Origin: an uncultured cyanobacterium | GTDB lineage: Bacteria > Cyanobacteriota > Cyanobacteriia > Cyanobacteriales > CAWUOF01 | Reading direction: 5' to 3' | Length of the DNA stretch: 64,000 nucleotides | Assembly (NCBI GenBank): GCA_963744145.1 | Contig: CAVUSO010000001.1 | Span: 928,001-992,000 of the forward strand | Made by a program: the position numbers and the translations under genes | Shown here: one piece after another, positions 52,270 to 62,836 of the stretch | Position numbering within the stretch: the first letter of the stretch is position 1 | How the letters are laid out: every line of letters starts with the position of its first letter | The notes under the pieces: generated by a model | Seen by the model: only the letters and a program-made list of their open reading frames with translations | What the model was told of the DNA's origin: nothing | Database searches by the model: none

Positions 52270-52956
52270 ATGGGATCTACTACTGGAATTTCTCTGCCTT
52301 TAACAATTCCTCCTTTAGAAAACGGCGATAAGCTTACCCGTTCTGAATTTAAGCGTCGCTGTCATGCCATGCCAAATTTGAAAAAAGCCGAATTAATTGA
52401 AGGAGTAGTTTATATGGCAGCGGCGTTGCGATACAAAAGTCACGGAGAACCTCATGCTTATATTATGAGTTGGCTGGGAGTTTACAAAGCCGCGACTCCT
52501 GGTGTCGGAATAGCTGACAATACTACAGTTTGCCTTGATGCTGATAATGAACCTCAACCTGATGCACTAATGAGAATTGAAAGGGGGGGACGATCGGGGA
52601 TTACTGAAGATGATTATCTCGAAGGTGCGCCGGAATTAATTGTCGAAATTGCCGCTTCTACTGCTTCTTATGATTTACATGAAAAACTAAAAGTTTATCG
52701 GCGAAATGGTGTACAAGAATATTTAGTATGGCGAGTTTATGATGGCGAATTTGATTGGTTTAGGTTAAATGCCGGAGAATATATTAAATTAGAGCCTGAT
52801 GGTAATGGTATAATTTATTCGCAGGTTTTCCCCGGGTTATGGTTAGATAAAGCAGCTTTGTTAGGGGGAAATTTAGCCAAAGTTTTAGAGGTTGTCCAGC
52901 AGGGATTGGTCAGTGAGGTACATCAAGATTTTGTGCAACAATTGGCTAAGGACTAG
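52270..52956 (+). CDS. Uma2 family (PD-(D/E)XK-like) endonuclease
   Basis: PPLENGDKL, AELIEGVV, EPQPD, APELIVEIA, KLKVYRRNGVQEY, SQVFPGLWL. Confidence 0.93.
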   Translation: MGSTTGISLPLTIPPLENGDKLTRSEFKRRCHAMPNLKKAELIEGVVYMAAALRYKSHGEPHAYIMSWLGVYKAATPGVGIADNTTVCLDADNEPQPDALMRIERGGRSGITEDDYLEGAPELIVEIAASTASYDLHEKLKVYRRNGVQEYLVWRVYDGEFDWFRLNAGEYIKLEPDGNGIIYSQVFPGLWLDKAALLGGNLAKVLEVVQQGLVSEVHQDFVQQLAKD

Positions 52957-52982
52957 GTAGGGATTTCCAACGGGACCCTACC
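52956..52982. repeat. GTAG-type hairpin between convergent genes
   Basis: GGTAGGG-N13-CCCTACC. Confidence 0.45.
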
Positions 52983-53032
52983 CGATCGCTACTGAGATGG
53001 ATTTTGCTAACTTGACAAACTTATCAAATTAA

Positions 53033-54673
53033 TTATTCGATTTTACACCGATCGTGGCAACGTGCATCTAAGCTACAACATAAAGAACAGATTGGACCAT
53101 CGTAAACCGGACAATAGGTCATATCTTCTTGAGCGTATTTATATTCGCAAATACAACAGTTAATGAGACTGGTCTTACTGAAATTACTGAATTGGATGGG
53201 GGGTCTAGCTAGGTAGTATTTACTTTTGGTGATGATGGCAATGATTGGTACTAAAATAAAGGCTAAACTTAAAGCGATAAATGGTGAAAATGCTTGAGCA
53301 ACTTCTCCCATGAAACCAAAAAATGCTAATAGTGATACGCTAAAGGCAATTAGCATTGACCCAAAACCAACTGGGTTGACTTGATAGAGATGACCTCTTT
53401 TAAATTCGATATAGGGGGGACTTAATCCTAAAGGTTTGTTAATGACTAAATCTGCTACTAATGCTCCAATCCATGCGATCGCTCCATTCGCATAAAATGC
53501 TAAAACTTTTGCGAGAGTTTCAAATAATCCAAATTCCATTAATAACAGAGCAATTCCGATATTAAATACTAACCAAATTACTCGTCCCGGATGAGCATGA
53601 GTTAAGCGAGAAAAGAAATTAGACCAAGCTAGTGAACCAGCATAAGCATTGGTGACATTAATTTTAATCTGGGAGATAATGACAAAAAAGGTGGCGATCG
53701 CTAAAACTACACTAGGATCTACAAACATTGCTTGAAATCCAGATAAGTACATCTGGATCGGTTCATTTGCTTTGGTGATATTAATTCCCTGACTAACAAC
53801 TAGAGCTGCTAAAAATGAACCTCCTAACTGTTTAGCTGCACCTAAAATAATCCAACCTGGTCCTGCAATAATTACAGCACTCCACCATTGAAATCGATTT
53901 TTTTCAGTTTGATTGGGCATAAAACGGAGATAATCTACCTGTTCTCCGATTTGAGCAATTAGAGAAAATGATACACTTGCTGCACTGCCAAATAATAGGG
54001 GATCAAAAGCTGCTCCACTGGGAGAATTCCCGGCAAAATTTAGCCAATTAGACCAAGATTCTGGCTCTTTAGATAGGACAAAAATGTAGGGGAGGATCAT
54101 CAAAGTTATCCAGATCGGTTGAGTCCATAATTGTAATTGAGCAATCAGGGTGATCCCAAAAACAACGAGGGGAATAATGATGATTGAGCAAATTATATAG
54201 CCGATCGCTAAAGGTAAATGAAAATACAATTCTAAAGCTTGCGACATAATTGCTGCTTCTAGCGCAAAGAAGATAAATGTAAAAGAAGCATAAATTAAAG
54301 AAGTAATAGTAGAGCCAATATAGCCGAAACCTGCTCCTCTAGTGAGTAAATCCATGTCGATATTATATTTGGCTGCGTAATAGGAAATGGGGATACCAGT
54401 TAAGAAAATTATCACCCCAGCTACTAAAATTCCTCCAATTGCATTCGCTGACCCATAGTTAATTTCTAAGGAACCACCGATCGCTTCTAATGCTAAAAAA
54501 GATATCCCTCCAATTGCCGTATTCGCTACAATAAATGGTGACCACTTTCTGAATGATGGTGGTGCATAGCGTAGAGCATAATCTTCCAGTGTTTCATTGG
54601 CAACCCAAGCATTATAGTCTCTTCTTGAGCGAGTAATCCTTCCCACTTTAGAGCTAATTTCGATTTGCTTCAT
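53033..54673 (-). CDS. Purine-cytosine permease-like (APC-fold) membrane protein with Cys-rich tail
   Basis: RRDYNAWVANETLEDYALRY, DMDLLTRGAGFGY, QIGEQVDYLRF, NVTNAYAGSLAW; about 12 TMs; tail CCIC...CPVY...CSLCCSLDARCHDRC. Confidence 0.85.
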   Translation of the reverse strand: MKQIEISSKVGRITRSRRDYNAWVANETLEDYALRYAPPSFRKWSPFIVANTAIGGISFLALEAIGGSLEINYGSANAIGGILVAGVIIFLTGIPISYYAAKYNIDMDLLTRGAGFGYIGSTITSLIYASFTFIFFALEAAIMSQALELYFHLPLAIGYIICSIIIIPLVVFGITLIAQLQLWTQPIWITLMILPYIFVLSKEPESWSNWLNFAGNSPSGAAFDPLLFGSAASVSFSLIAQIGEQVDYLRFMPNQTEKNRFQWWSAVIIAGPGWIILGAAKQLGGSFLAALVVSQGINITKANEPIQMYLSGFQAMFVDPSVVLAIATFFVIISQIKINVTNAYAGSLAWSNFFSRLTHAHPGRVIWLVFNIGIALLLMEFGLFETLAKVLAFYANGAIAWIGALVADLVINKPLGLSPPYIEFKRGHLYQVNPVGFGSMLIAFSVSLLAFFGFMGEVAQAFSPFIALSLAFILVPIIAIITKSKYYLARPPIQFSNFSKTSLINCCICEYKYAQEDMTYCPVYDGPICSLCCSLDARCHDRCKIE

Positions 54674-54840
54674 AAATTATCACTACCTTCACGATTATTT
54701 CTCTAACACCAAATAAGTAAATTTGGTGATGCTTATTTTTTTTGACATAATAATCTAGATTAATTATTACGGCTCCTTGGTGAAATTACCTAAAAGGATA
54801 GGATTATATTTCTGTACTATACAAAATATCTTAGTAGACT

Positions 54841-54886
54841 AGGATAAAGTTAATCTAGTTTATATTTTGTAGTTTTAGCTACAAAA
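54841..54886 (-). promoter_or_regulatory. NtcA-activated (class II) promoter
   Basis: TTTTGTA-N8-TACAAAA palindrome (54865-54886). On the minus strand TAC is followed by exactly 22 nt, then TATCCT (TAN3T, 54846-54841). Confidence 0.88.
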
Positions 54887-55104
54887 TTAAAAAAAATATT
54901 CATGTATAGTAGTTTAGATGTAAATAATTTGTTTATTTTTACTATTAAAATTATTATGAATTTGAAGCAGAAAAATTTTCTAAATCAGAAAGTTGGTAGC
55001 ATTCCAAGTTGATCAGAAACATTCAAATTGGTGCTATAAAGGAAACTTGGTAAAATTAACCAAGGTTTTTAAACAACTTGAGGAAAAATTAGGAAATCAG
55101 AAAA

Positions 55105-57027
55105 ATGTTGAAGCAAAATATGTCCCATCAAGTAGGTTCACAAGTTGTAATTAGAAAGTTTTTAACTATTTTTTTATTTTTAGCAATTTTGGCAGCAATT
55201 ATTGTCGGGTTATTTTACTATCAAAGTATCAATAGTGCGATCGCTAATTTGATGGTAAAAGAAACTATCTATCCTGTCCAAGAGGTAACTCCCACGGTAG
55301 TCAAACTTAACCAAAATTGGAAAATTGTCTGGCAAATTTCACCAGAACTTTTGCAGACTACATCTGAGAGAATATTAAAACAATTTTTACAAATATATGC
55401 AGGTTTGATCGTCTTCATCGGAATAGGTACTTGGTGGGTTGCATTGTCCGAAATGAGTCGTCAATTATCGGACGTAGAAATCGAACAATCAGCAGCAGAA
55501 ATTCAAGCATTAGGACAACAAGAGAATTTATTTAAACGTCGTTTATCGAGTCAAATTCGTAACTCCCTGGAATTAGATGTAATTCTCCATACCGCAGTAG
55601 CAGAAATTCGGCATTTATTAGAAATAGATTGCTGCAAATTTCTGGAATATAAAACTGATCTTGAAACACCGGAATTTGAATTAAATTATGAAGCTAGTAA
55701 CCAGAGGATACCTAATGCTTGTCCAATCGATTTAATCACAACCACTAAAATCTTAGGACAAGCAATATTAGAATTTAATTTATTACCGAGAAACTCAATT
55801 GATGAAAAAACCTGTAATTTAATTCGGATTAATAATGTTACCACCACTCAGAAAATTAATGATCAAGTTAGGGAACTGCTGACTTCCTTGGGAATTTTAT
55901 CCTTATTAGCAGTATCAATTCGCACCAATTCAGGACGAATGGGTGTAATTGTTTGTGAACAGATCAAAGGATTTCATTATTGGAGCGATGATGAAGTAGA
56001 ATTATTACAAGCGATCGCCGATCAAGTAGCGATCGCGATTGAGCAAGCTGAATTATACCATAAAAGTCGCGTTGCAGCAAGTATTGCTACAGCTCAAGCT
56101 GAACAACTAAGTAAAGCGCTAAGAGAATTACAGCAAACTCAAGCACAGCTAATCCAAACCGAAAAAATGTCAAGTTTAGGACAGTTAGTAGCAGGAGTTG
56201 CCCATGAGATTAATAATCCAGTAAACTTCATTTATGGTAACATTGCCCATGCTAGTAGCTATACCCAAGATTTATTAAACTTAGTGCTGCTATATCAAAA
56301 ATACTATCCCGATCCAGTGGGAGAAATTTCAGATTGGGGTGAGCAGATTGATCTGGAATTTTTGATGGAAGATTTGCCAAAAATGCTCAACTCAATGAAA
56401 GTTGGTGCTGACCGGATTCGTCAAATAGTTTTAACCTTGCGGAACTTCTCCCGACTCGACGAATCAGAAATGAAACCAGTCAGTATTCATGAGGGGATTG
56501 ATAGCACTCTATTAATTTTACAGCATCGACTGAAAAATAAACCAGAGCAAGGTGGGATTAAAATCGTTAAACAATATGGAGATTTACCACAAGTAGAATG
56601 CTATGCTGGACAACTAAACCAGGTATTTATGAATATTATCGCTAATGCGATCGACGCCTTAGAAGAATATAACTCCAAGCGATCGCCATTAGAAATTCAG
56701 CAAAATCCTAGCCAGATTACAATTCAGACCGAAACCATACATTCTACCCATGTCATCATTAAAATCATCGACAATGGACCAGGAATGTCAGCCGCAGTCA
56801 AATCACGGTTATTTGATCCTTTCTTTACCACCAAACCAGTAGGAACAGGAACAGGATTAGGATTATCAATCTGTTATCAAATAGTAGTAGAAAAACACGG
56901 GGGATCGCTCTGGTGTGTATCTGAACCCGAACAAGGTACAGAATTTTGGATAGAAATTCCGGTGAAACAAAATAATCACTATTTGCTCAAAGAAAAGACT
57001 AATCAAGTCGAATTAGTATCTTATTAA
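55105..57027 (+). CDS. Membrane GAF sensor histidine kinase
   Basis: Two TMs, GAF (IRNSLELD...WSDDEVELLQAIADQVAIAI), EKMSSLGQLVAGVAHEINNP, FDPFFTTKPVGTGTGLGL. Confidence 0.93.
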   Translation: MLKQNMSHQVGSQVVIRKFLTIFLFLAILAAIIVGLFYYQSINSAIANLMVKETIYPVQEVTPTVVKLNQNWKIVWQISPELLQTTSERILKQFLQIYAGLIVFIGIGTWWVALSEMSRQLSDVEIEQSAAEIQALGQQENLFKRRLSSQIRNSLELDVILHTAVAEIRHLLEIDCCKFLEYKTDLETPEFELNYEASNQRIPNACPIDLITTTKILGQAILEFNLLPRNSIDEKTCNLIRINNVTTTQKINDQVRELLTSLGILSLLAVSIRTNSGRMGVIVCEQIKGFHYWSDDEVELLQAIADQVAIAIEQAELYHKSRVAASIATAQAEQLSKALRELQQTQAQLIQTEKMSSLGQLVAGVAHEINNPVNFIYGNIAHASSYTQDLLNLVLLYQKYYPDPVGEISDWGEQIDLEFLMEDLPKMLNSMKVGADRIRQIVLTLRNFSRLDESEMKPVSIHEGIDSTLLILQHRLKNKPEQGGIKIVKQYGDLPQVECYAGQLNQVFMNIIANAIDALEEYNSKRSPLEIQQNPSQITIQTETIHSTHVIIKIIDNGPGMSAAVKSRLFDPFFTTKPVGTGTGLGLSICYQIVVEKHGGSLWCVSEPEQGTEFWIEIPVKQNNHYLLKEKTNQVELVSY

Positions 57028-57248
57028 ATCAGTTAATTTTCCATCTGGTTGATTGCACCCCTGCTGCCAGTTTAACAGCGATCGCGTTAGTTGTAAACGG
57101 CAAGTACACCCTTTAGTATTACGGTTGTTACCACTAGATTAGCCAGAGCAAATCGGGATAGAGTAATTTTATCTAACCTAAATAAAAAATTATCTTCGGG
57201 TGATCCTGATCAGCCCAAATTTAAACACCTCTCAAGAGATGAAACTCC

Positions 57249-59738
57249 ATGTTTGAACACTTTACAGACAAAGCGATTAAAGCAATCATGCTCGCTCAGG
57301 AAGAAGTTCGTCGTCTAGGTCATAACCTAGTTGGTAGTGAGTTTCTGCTCCTGGGACTAATCTCAGTAGGAACCGGTATCACCACCGAAGTGTTGACAAA
57401 AATGGGTGTGACTCTCAAACAAGCAAGAGTGGAAGTCGAAAAAATTGTTGGTCGAGGTCCAGGAAATATCCCATCCCATATTCCTTTTACCCCCAAAGTT
57501 AAGCGCGTATTTGAGCTAGCTTATGGACAAGCTCGTCAATTTGGGTCGAAACAAATTGCTCCGGAACATCTTCTATTAGGGTTAACTAGCGATGGAGAAG
57601 GTATTGCAGTTAAAGTGCTAGAAAATTTAGGAGTTGATTTAGCACAAGTTCGGACCCAAATTCTTGACCTAATTCAAGATCAGGGTAAAGTTGGGGTTAG
57701 TCTTCAGGGAGACTTGTTTACGAGTGAAGGTTCGACCGCTCAGACAGAGACATTAGCAGAATTTAGCATCAATTGGACGAAAATGGCAGCCGCAGGTAAA
57801 CTCGATCCAGTGGTTGGTCGTCAACCAGAGATTGAAAGAGTAATCCAGATTTTAGGACGTCGGACTAAAAGTAATCCTGTATTGATTGGAGAACCAGGAG
57901 TTGGAAAAACAGCGATCGCTGAAGGTTTAGCCCAACGGATTATTAACCAAGATGTACCAGAGCTACTAATTGATAAACAAGTAATAGCACTAGATTTGGG
58001 ATTACTGATTGCCGGAACTCGTTACCGAGGAGAATTTGAAGAACGTCTGAAAACAATCATCAATGAAGTTCGCAATGCTGGTAATATTATCCTGGTTATT
58101 GATGAACTTCATACTCTCATTGGTAGTGGTTCACTTCAAGGTGGTTTAGATGCGGCTAATCTGCTCAAACCAGCTTTAGCAAGAGGGGAATTGCAGTGTA
58201 TTGGTGCAACTACCCTAGATGAATACCGCAAATATATTGAACGTGATGCAGCTTTAGAACGACGTTTTCAACCAGTGATGATTGGTGAACCGACAGTAAC
58301 CGAGACAATTGAGATTTTGTCTATTTTGCGGGAACGTTATGAACAACATCACCAAGTGATCTTCTCTATTGAAGCACTAGAAGCAGCAGCGAAACTGTCC
58401 GATCGTTATATTTCCGATCGCTATCTACCAGATAAAGCAATTGATTTAATGGATGAAGCAGGTTCGCGGGTAAGTTTGCGTAATCCTACTCCCATTGGTG
58501 ATCAATCACTCAAACGAGAATTGCGTCAGATCACTAGAGCAAAAGAAGATGCAATTAAAGCTCAGGATTTTGCCCAAGCTAGAAAATTACGCGATCGCGA
58601 ACTCCAAATTGCTGCGGATTTGTATGCGAACACAGGGGATCAAAATTTAACACCTGAGCATTTCCCTAAGTCTCCAATTGTCAATGAAGAAGACATTGCT
58701 CAAATTTTGGCTAGTTGGACAGGAGTACCTGTTCATAAAATTACTGAATCAGAATCAGAAATGCTGTTGCATTTAGAAGATACTTTACATCAGCGTTTAA
58801 TTGGTCAAGATGAAGCAGTCACAGCAGTTGCTCGGGCAATTCGTCGGGCAAGAGTAGGATTAAAAAGTCCTCATCGTCCGATCGCTAGTTTAATTTTTTC
58901 TGGACCGACAGGTGTGGGAAAAACAGAATTAGCCAAAGCATTAGCTTCCTATTTCTTTGGTTCAGAAGATACCATGATTCGACTCGATATGTCGGAATAT
59001 ATGGAAAGTCATACTATATCTAAGTTAATTGGTTCTCCTCCTGGTTATATTGGCTATGATGAAGGTGGTCAACTGACTGAATCTGTCCGTCGCAAACCTT
59101 ATAGTGTGGTGCTATTTGACGAAATTGAAAAAGCTCACCCTGATATCTTTAATTTGTTACTCCAAATTTTAGATGATGGTCGTTTGACTGATGCTCACGG
59201 TCGGACAATTGATTTTAAAAATACCTTGTTGATTATGACCTCTAACATTGGTTCTCAAGTAATTGCTCAAGGTGGTAGTAGACTGGGATTTGAGGATTTG
59301 GATCAATCTGATTCTCGTTATCATCACATCCAGCAACAAGTCAATGATGAACTAAAACAACATTTCCGACCCGAATTTCTGAATCGTCTAGATGAGATAA
59401 TTGTCTTTCGTCCATTAACGAAGGATGAGATTAAGCAAATTGCTGATCTGATGATTCATGAAGTTGCTCATCGGTTAACGGAGCAGGGAATTCAACTAGA
59501 GGTAACCGCAAGATTTAAGGAACGAGTAGCGATGGTCGGTTACAATCATCGATATGGAGCGCGATCGCTACGTCGGACTATTACCCGACTCTTAGAAGAT
59601 AGTTTATCTGAAGCTATTCTATCTGGTCAGATTCATAATGGACATACTGCAATAATTGATGTTGATGATGATGGTGAGATCAAAATATTGTCAAATCATC
59701 TGCAAGATTTAATGTTACCATCCCTGATATCAAGTTGA
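57249..59738 (+). CDS. clpC: ATP-dependent Clp protease ATP-binding subunit, ClpC paralogue
   Basis: Clp-N repeats, GEPGVGKT and GPTGVGKT Walker A motifs, UVR-like coiled coil, LGF ClpP-docking loop, [11 protein letters not shown]. Confidence 0.92.
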   Translation: MFEHFTDKAIKAIMLAQEEVRRLGHNLVGSEFLLLGLISVGTGITTEVLTKMGVTLKQARVEVEKIVGRGPGNIPSHIPFTPKVKRVFELAYGQARQFGSKQIAPEHLLLGLTSDGEGIAVKVLENLGVDLAQVRTQILDLIQDQGKVGVSLQGDLFTSEGSTAQTETLAEFSINWTKMAAAGKLDPVVGRQPEIERVIQILGRRTKSNPVLIGEPGVGKTAIAEGLAQRIINQDVPELLIDKQVIALDLGLLIAGTRYRGEFEERLKTIINEVRNAGNIILVIDELHTLIGSGSLQGGLDAANLLKPALARGELQCIGATTLDEYRKYIERDAALERRFQPVMIGEPTVTETIEILSILRERYEQHHQVIFSIEALEAAAKLSDRYISDRYLPDKAIDLMDEAGSRVSLRNPTPIGDQSLKRELRQITRAKEDAIKAQDFAQARKLRDRELQIAADLYANTGDQNLTPEHFPKSPIVNEEDIAQILASWTGVPVHKITESESEMLLHLEDTLHQRLIGQDEAVTAVARAIRRARVGLKSPHRPIASLIFSGPTGVGKTELAKALASYFFGSEDTMIRLDMSEYMESHTISKLIGSPPGYIGYDEGGQLTESVRRKPYSVVLFDEIEKAHPDIFNLLLQILDDGRLTDAHGRTIDFKNTLLIMTSNIGSQVIAQGGSRLGFEDLDQSDSRYHHIQQQVNDELKQHFRPEFLNRLDEIIVFRPLTKDEIKQIADLMIHEVAHRLTEQGIQLEVTARFKERVAMVGYNHRYGARSLRRTITRLLEDSLSEAILSGQIHNGHTAIIDVDDDGEIKILSNHLQDLMLPSLISS

Positions 59739-59781
59739 TGATTAAGCTCGGAAAAGAGTAGATTCTATTTCCTACTTTTTC

Positions 59782-59889
59782 ATCTCGGTGCAGAAGAAGG
59801 GTTTACCCTGAGCGTAGTCGAAGGGTGAAGTTTAATTTTTCAATTATCGCTAAACATGCTTCACCCCTACACTTAACTGAACCGGATTG
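59782..59889. mobile_element. Partial copy of the 20329-20595 element carrying a 24-bp insertion
   Basis: ATCTCGGTGCAGAAGAAGGG...TGAAG...ATGCTTCACCCCTACACTTAACTGAACCGGATTG matches 20488-20592. Confidence 0.8.
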
Positions 59890-59924
59890 AATTAAAGCAT
59901 TAAATTAGATTCAGAACGATCGCC

Positions 59925-61478
59925 TTAATAATGTTTGAGTAAACTAGCTAACAAAAATCCAATGATCACTCCAGAACCATGTCCGATCGCACTGACATTG
60001 GGAGTAATTAGATCAAAAAATACTTGTAAAATAATAATCGATAAAATTACCTGAAACCGCTGGGAAGCAATCCGAGATTTTTCCCTTCTCCACCCACGTA
60101 ATAATATTGCTCCCATCGCTCCAATAATTCCCATAATCGCTCCCGATGCACCGACGACAAAATCTGCTTGAGAATAACCAGCTACCGTCATTATAGCTAC
60201 TACCAACATCGAGCCAATTCCTGTCGTCAAATAGAGCAAAATATATTGCGGTCTTCTTAAAGCAAACTCGACAAAAGGACCTAAATAATAAAGAGCTAAC
60301 ATATTCATCAACAGATGGAGCCAGCCAAAATGTAAAAAAGTAGCAGTAATTAATCTCCACCAAGCACCATGAATAGTTTCTTCAGGAATTAAGGCACCCA
60401 ACTGATATAAACTATCAGGATTTTCTGCACCTCCACAGGCAATTTCTAAACCAAATACTAGGCAATTTAAACCAATAATTCCATAAGTAATGATTGGGTT
60501 TTTTTGTTGGAAATCTAGTCTTACACTGTAGCGAGCTTCCTGTTCCAATTCATTGATTAATCTCCCTAAAATCTGACGAGATGATTCAGTGAGCATCAGA
60601 TCTGGATTAATTTGGGCTTGGGATAAACGTCTAGCGATCGCTTGACGTAACCGAAAATCACCGCGATCGCGCATCATTAAGAGTTGTTCTCTTGCTCGAG
60701 TGGAATTACCCGCAGCAATTTCGGCTGTTGCTAACCAAAAATCCCGGACATCCTGGGGATAAATTGATAATGGACCATGCAAAAGTTTAGCAACTGGTTC
60801 TGGTTGTCCGCAAAATGCAAAAACAAATAAACGGATTAAATTCCACAAATTGAGGTTAGTTTCCAGCACTTTAGTGGAGCGATCGCACATTTGGAGTAAA
60901 CTATTAAAATCACCTGTTTCTCCTAGCGATCGCAAGTAATAACAGAGCAAATGTGCATCTTTGAGTAATATCGCTTCGGTAATATTTAATCGCATCCACT
61001 CCAACAACTCTTCCCAACGAGCATCGAGCTGATATAATGTGATTGTGGCTTCTCGTCCAATCCATGTATTGGCAGTTTTATAGCGGTTTAAAATTGTTGT
61101 CGCTGCTACTAGATCTCCGCGCTGTCCTAATTCCAATGCTCTCAACAATTCCGGTTGTTCACGCCAACCATCAGCAGGGTGTATCCATTTTAGCAACATT
61201 GCTAGTCTGCGGGCTTGACCATATTTTTGTCTGGCAATCAATTGGTTAACTTGTTTGAACCCAAACAAAGGGACTAAAATCAGTATCCCCCATAGACATC
61301 CCCCAATTAAACCACTTATGGTTGGTGCCAACAAATAGATAATTCCGGTGATGATCAAAATTAATCCTGAGATTGTCATCCAACCACCACTTTGATGGAT
61401 TGGCAAACGCCGTCCATAAATTATGATAGAAATACATGATACAGCAACCATCCAGAGTAAAAAATGATTTAGATCCAT
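59925..61478 (-). CDS. Rhomboid intramembrane serine protease with long N-terminal extension
   Basis: WWRLITATFLH, HLLMNM, VGASGAI, GHGSG. Confidence 0.93.
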   Translation of the reverse strand: MDLNHFLLWMVAVSCISIIIYGRRLPIHQSGGWMTISGLILIITGIIYLLAPTISGLIGGCLWGILILVPLFGFKQVNQLIARQKYGQARRLAMLLKWIHPADGWREQPELLRALELGQRGDLVAATTILNRYKTANTWIGREATITLYQLDARWEELLEWMRLNITEAILLKDAHLLCYYLRSLGETGDFNSLLQMCDRSTKVLETNLNLWNLIRLFVFAFCGQPEPVAKLLHGPLSIYPQDVRDFWLATAEIAAGNSTRAREQLLMMRDRGDFRLRQAIARRLSQAQINPDLMLTESSRQILGRLINELEQEARYSVRLDFQQKNPIITYGIIGLNCLVFGLEIACGGAENPDSLYQLGALIPEETIHGAWWRLITATFLHFGWLHLLMNMLALYYLGPFVEFALRRPQYILLYLTTGIGSMLVVAIMTVAGYSQADFVVGASGAIMGIIGAMGAILLRGWRREKSRIASQRFQVILSIIILQVFFDLITPNVSAIGHGSGVIIGFLLASLLKHY

Positions 61479-61528
61479 AATTTAATGAGCAATATCTGCA
61501 CTAGACTTAGGGAAATAATCGGGAAAAC

Positions 61529-62797
61529 TTGATGTCTAACCAAAACTCTAATTTTAAACCCAAACACATTGTTTTAACCTCCCATCCCTCTAATTTTGGC
61601 CCGAAACCAATTCCTATTCATTGGGGAGAAAAAGATCCCATCAAACGCGGACCAATTATCGCTACTCACACGAATCCTGCTCAACGTAATGTGATTGGTA
61701 CTCACTCTGGATCTTACGCTATTTATCGGGCTTTAGCTATAGCGAGGGGAAAATTACAAGCAAATCATCGTGCGGATCTAACCAATACTGCTCCAGCAGA
61801 ACATATTGGTCCTCACCCCAGTTGGTTTGACCCGAAAAAAATTATTGCCCTTGACCCATTTGGAGCATTAGTAGGGGAAATTTATCAGGAATTTTATACC
61901 CAAGGATATGATATTCGCCCGACAATTGCAATTACTAAAGCACATATTAATATGCCCGAATTGCAACAAGCGGTGAGTGAAGGTAGGTTGCAAATTGATG
62001 GCAAAATCATGAAAGATGGTGGCGATTTAGTTGTGACTAAGGCTGCAATTGAACCAGTTTGGTATTTACCAGGAATCGCGCAACGTTTTGAAGTAGTAGA
62101 AAGTGATTTACGTCGGACTTTATTTGAAGAAACCGGAGGAATGTTTCCCGAATTAGTCACCCGTTCAGATTTAGAAGTTTTTTTACCACCGATTGGAGGT
62201 TTAACTGTATATATTTTTGGCGATATTAGCGCGATTACTGACCCAGATAAACCAGTAGCTGTCCGTGTACATGATGAGTGTAATGGTTCGGATGTATTTG
62301 GTTCAGATATTTGTACTTGTCGTCCCTATTTAGTGCATGGAATTGAAGTTTGTGTGCAAACAGCACAAGCTGGAGGTGCAGGGGTAATTGTTTATTTTCG
62401 GAAAGAAGGAAGAGCTTTAGGAGAGGTGACGAAGTTTTTAGTTTATAATGCTCGCAAGCGTCAAGAAGGTGGCGATCGCGCTGACTCCTATTTTAATCGC
62501 ACCGAATGTGTTGCAGGAGTTCAAGATATGCGCTTTCAAGAATTAATGCCAGATGTGCTACATTGGCTAGGAATTAGCAAAATTGACTATCTAGTTTCCA
62601 TGAGCAATATGAAATATAATGCGATCGTGGAATCTGGAATAGAAGTCGGACAAAGAGTAGCAATTCCTGAGGAATTAATTCCTCCTGATGCTCAAGTGGA
62701 AATTATGGCAAAAAAAGCAGCAGGTTACTATAATGAAGGAGAGCTACCAGATGCAATCCTGTTGGCTCAAACTCAGGGAAGAGGGTTAGTAGATTAG
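61529..62797 (+). CDS. GTP cyclohydrolase II-like protein, URC1/Urg1 type
   Basis: N-terminal RNVIGTHSGSYAIYRALA extension; VRVHDECNGSDVFGSDICTCRPYL, RKEGRALGEVTK. Confidence 0.9.
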   Translation: MMSNQNSNFKPKHIVLTSHPSNFGPKPIPIHWGEKDPIKRGPIIATHTNPAQRNVIGTHSGSYAIYRALAIARGKLQANHRADLTNTAPAEHIGPHPSWFDPKKIIALDPFGALVGEIYQEFYTQGYDIRPTIAITKAHINMPELQQAVSEGRLQIDGKIMKDGGDLVVTKAAIEPVWYLPGIAQRFEVVESDLRRTLFEETGGMFPELVTRSDLEVFLPPIGGLTVYIFGDISAITDPDKPVAVRVHDECNGSDVFGSDICTCRPYLVHGIEVCVQTAQAGGAGVIVYFRKEGRALGEVTKFLVYNARKRQEGGDRADSYFNRTECVAGVQDMRFQELMPDVLHWLGISKIDYLVSMSNMKYNAIVESGIEVGQRVAIPEELIPPDAQVEIMAKKAAGYYNEGELPDAILLAQTQGRGLVD

Positions 62798-62836
62798 CAA
62801 GAACCAATTAATCTTAATCAATCTAGGGGAGTAATT

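Noticed and set aside
57090..57135. NtcA or LexA-like sites upstream of clpC
   Set aside because: GTA...TAC spacings are 9-10 nt, not 8, and the LexA consensus is not met.
61529..62797. Calling the gene ribA
   Set aside because: The long N-terminal extension and URC4 neighbour indicate the URC1-type subfamily, so no symbol was assigned.
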